Source: Pristiophorus japonicus (Eukaryota). From it: 64,000 nt of DNA. Under the pieces are notes generated by a model, which worked only from the letters and a program-made list of their open reading frames with translations, ran no database searches and was not told where the DNA came from. The stretch covers positions 47,864,001 through 47,928,000 of the forward strand of contig NC_091999.1 in assembly GCF_044704955.1 (NCBI RefSeq). Reading direction: 5' to 3'. Every line of letters begins with the position of its first letter. Within the stretch, counting starts at the first letter, position 1. Below, one piece after another: positions 62,957 to 64,000 of the stretch. Position numbers and translations under genes: made by a program.

Positions 62957-63570
62957 AAAGGTCAGTGCTGGGTCCACTATTGTTCACAACTTATATTAAC
63001 AATTTAGATTTTGGAGTCAAACACACAATATCTAAATTTTACCAATGCACTTGGGGCGGGCGGGTTGGCGTTTAAATACTGTGGAACACTGCAACTAATT
63101 AAAAGAATACACGGACTGACTAATTAATTTCAACACAGACAAGTATGAGTTATTACAGTTTGGTGAGAAAAATAAGGAGGTCACTTATCACGTTTAAAAT
63201 AAGAATCTATGTGGGATGGAGGAACACAGGTCTCTGAGAATGCAAATACACACATCACTAAAGGTAGCGACGCAGGTTAATAATGCTATAAAAAGAAGAA
63301 CACCTACACTCGGGTTTATTTCTAGAGGGATCGAATTGAAACGTGAAATAGTTATGCTAAACATGGTTAGACCACACTTGACGTACTTTGTATAATTGAC
63401 CAATCCCCCGCCATTTCCCTGAAGCCCTGCATATGTTTCCATTAAGATATGTGGATAGTGCAGGGAAGGGGAGTTGAGGTAGAAGAGCAGCCATGATCCC
63501 GTTGAATGACGGAACAGGCTCGCTGAATCATATGGCCTACTCCTGCTCCCAATTCTTATGTTCTTATGTT
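62957..63570 (+). mobile_element. Degenerate CR1 fragment
   Basis: SVLGPLLFTTYINNLD..ISKF; TTCTTATG tail. Confidence 0.82.
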
Positions 63571-63654
63571 GTGATTTCCGAGGAAATATGGACATTAGAT
63601 ACTCAATCTCTCCTGATAGAACAGCCTCACGCCCCCGCCGCCGTCCCAGGAATC

Positions 63655-64000
63655 AGATCAGTCTGATGAACCTGAGATGCACTCCCTCCAAGGCAAGTGC
63701 ATCCTTCCTTAGATAAGGAGAACAAAACTGTACACGATACATCAGGTGTAGTCTCAGCAGAGCCCTATATAAGTGCATGAAGGCTTCTTTTTTCTAATAT
63801 TCCAATCCCTTTGCAATAAAATGTTGCTTACCATTTGCTTTCCTAATTGCTCACTTTGGCTCCATGTTAGCTTTCTGTGATTCGTGTACAAGGCCATCCA
63901 GGTGTTTCTGAATAACAATATTACCCAGTTTCTCAGCATTTAAAAAATTTTCTGCGTCTCTATTTGTCCTACCAAAGTGCGTAACTTCACACTTCTCCAC
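63655..64000 (-). mobile_element. Degenerate CR1 fragment
   Basis: Reverse-complement RT motifs (KCEVTHFGR, LYRALLRLHLMYRVQF, EGVHLRFIRLI). Confidence 0.8.

Noticed and set aside
62521-63075. ORFs spanning the N run
   Set aside because: Produced by the assembly gap.

Overview
Repeat-rich vertebrate DNA from a cartilaginous fish (shark-type IgM exons, shark CR1/Deu-SINE repeats, GPR139-like receptor). All recognisable host genes are pseudogenes on the minus strand. (1) One shark-type IgM heavy-chain cluster: leader 60853-60898, V already fused to D1, D2 apparently already fused to J (germline VD-DJ), and CH1-CH4. Its secretory tailpiece is split by a ~21.6 kb insertion: the codons ...DTF at ~48862 continue as SCQ-stop plus AATAAA at 27194-27250. 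(2) The insertion is a CR1 LINE whose conserved DLGVLVHE codons are interrupted by four head-to-tail Tx1-clade non-LTR retrotransposons (three long, one 3' stub), each preceded by the same 16-17 bp CR1-derived motif GGTCCTTGTGCATGAAA. This suggests a retrotransposon that targets another LINE site-specifically. (3) Three decayed endogenous retroviruses (two tRNA-Ser PBS, one tRNA-Arg PBS). One is a two-LTR provirus (15700-24112) with gag, dual RNase H and an env with a paramyxovirus-F-like cysteine pattern (lokiretrovirus-like). (4) A two-exon GPR139-like GPCR pseudogene interrupted by a young CR1. The rest is further CR1 fragments, a Deu-SINE, minisatellites, a 2.1 kb polypurine tract and a 341-N gap. 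Family assignments come from motif recognition by eye, not database searches.
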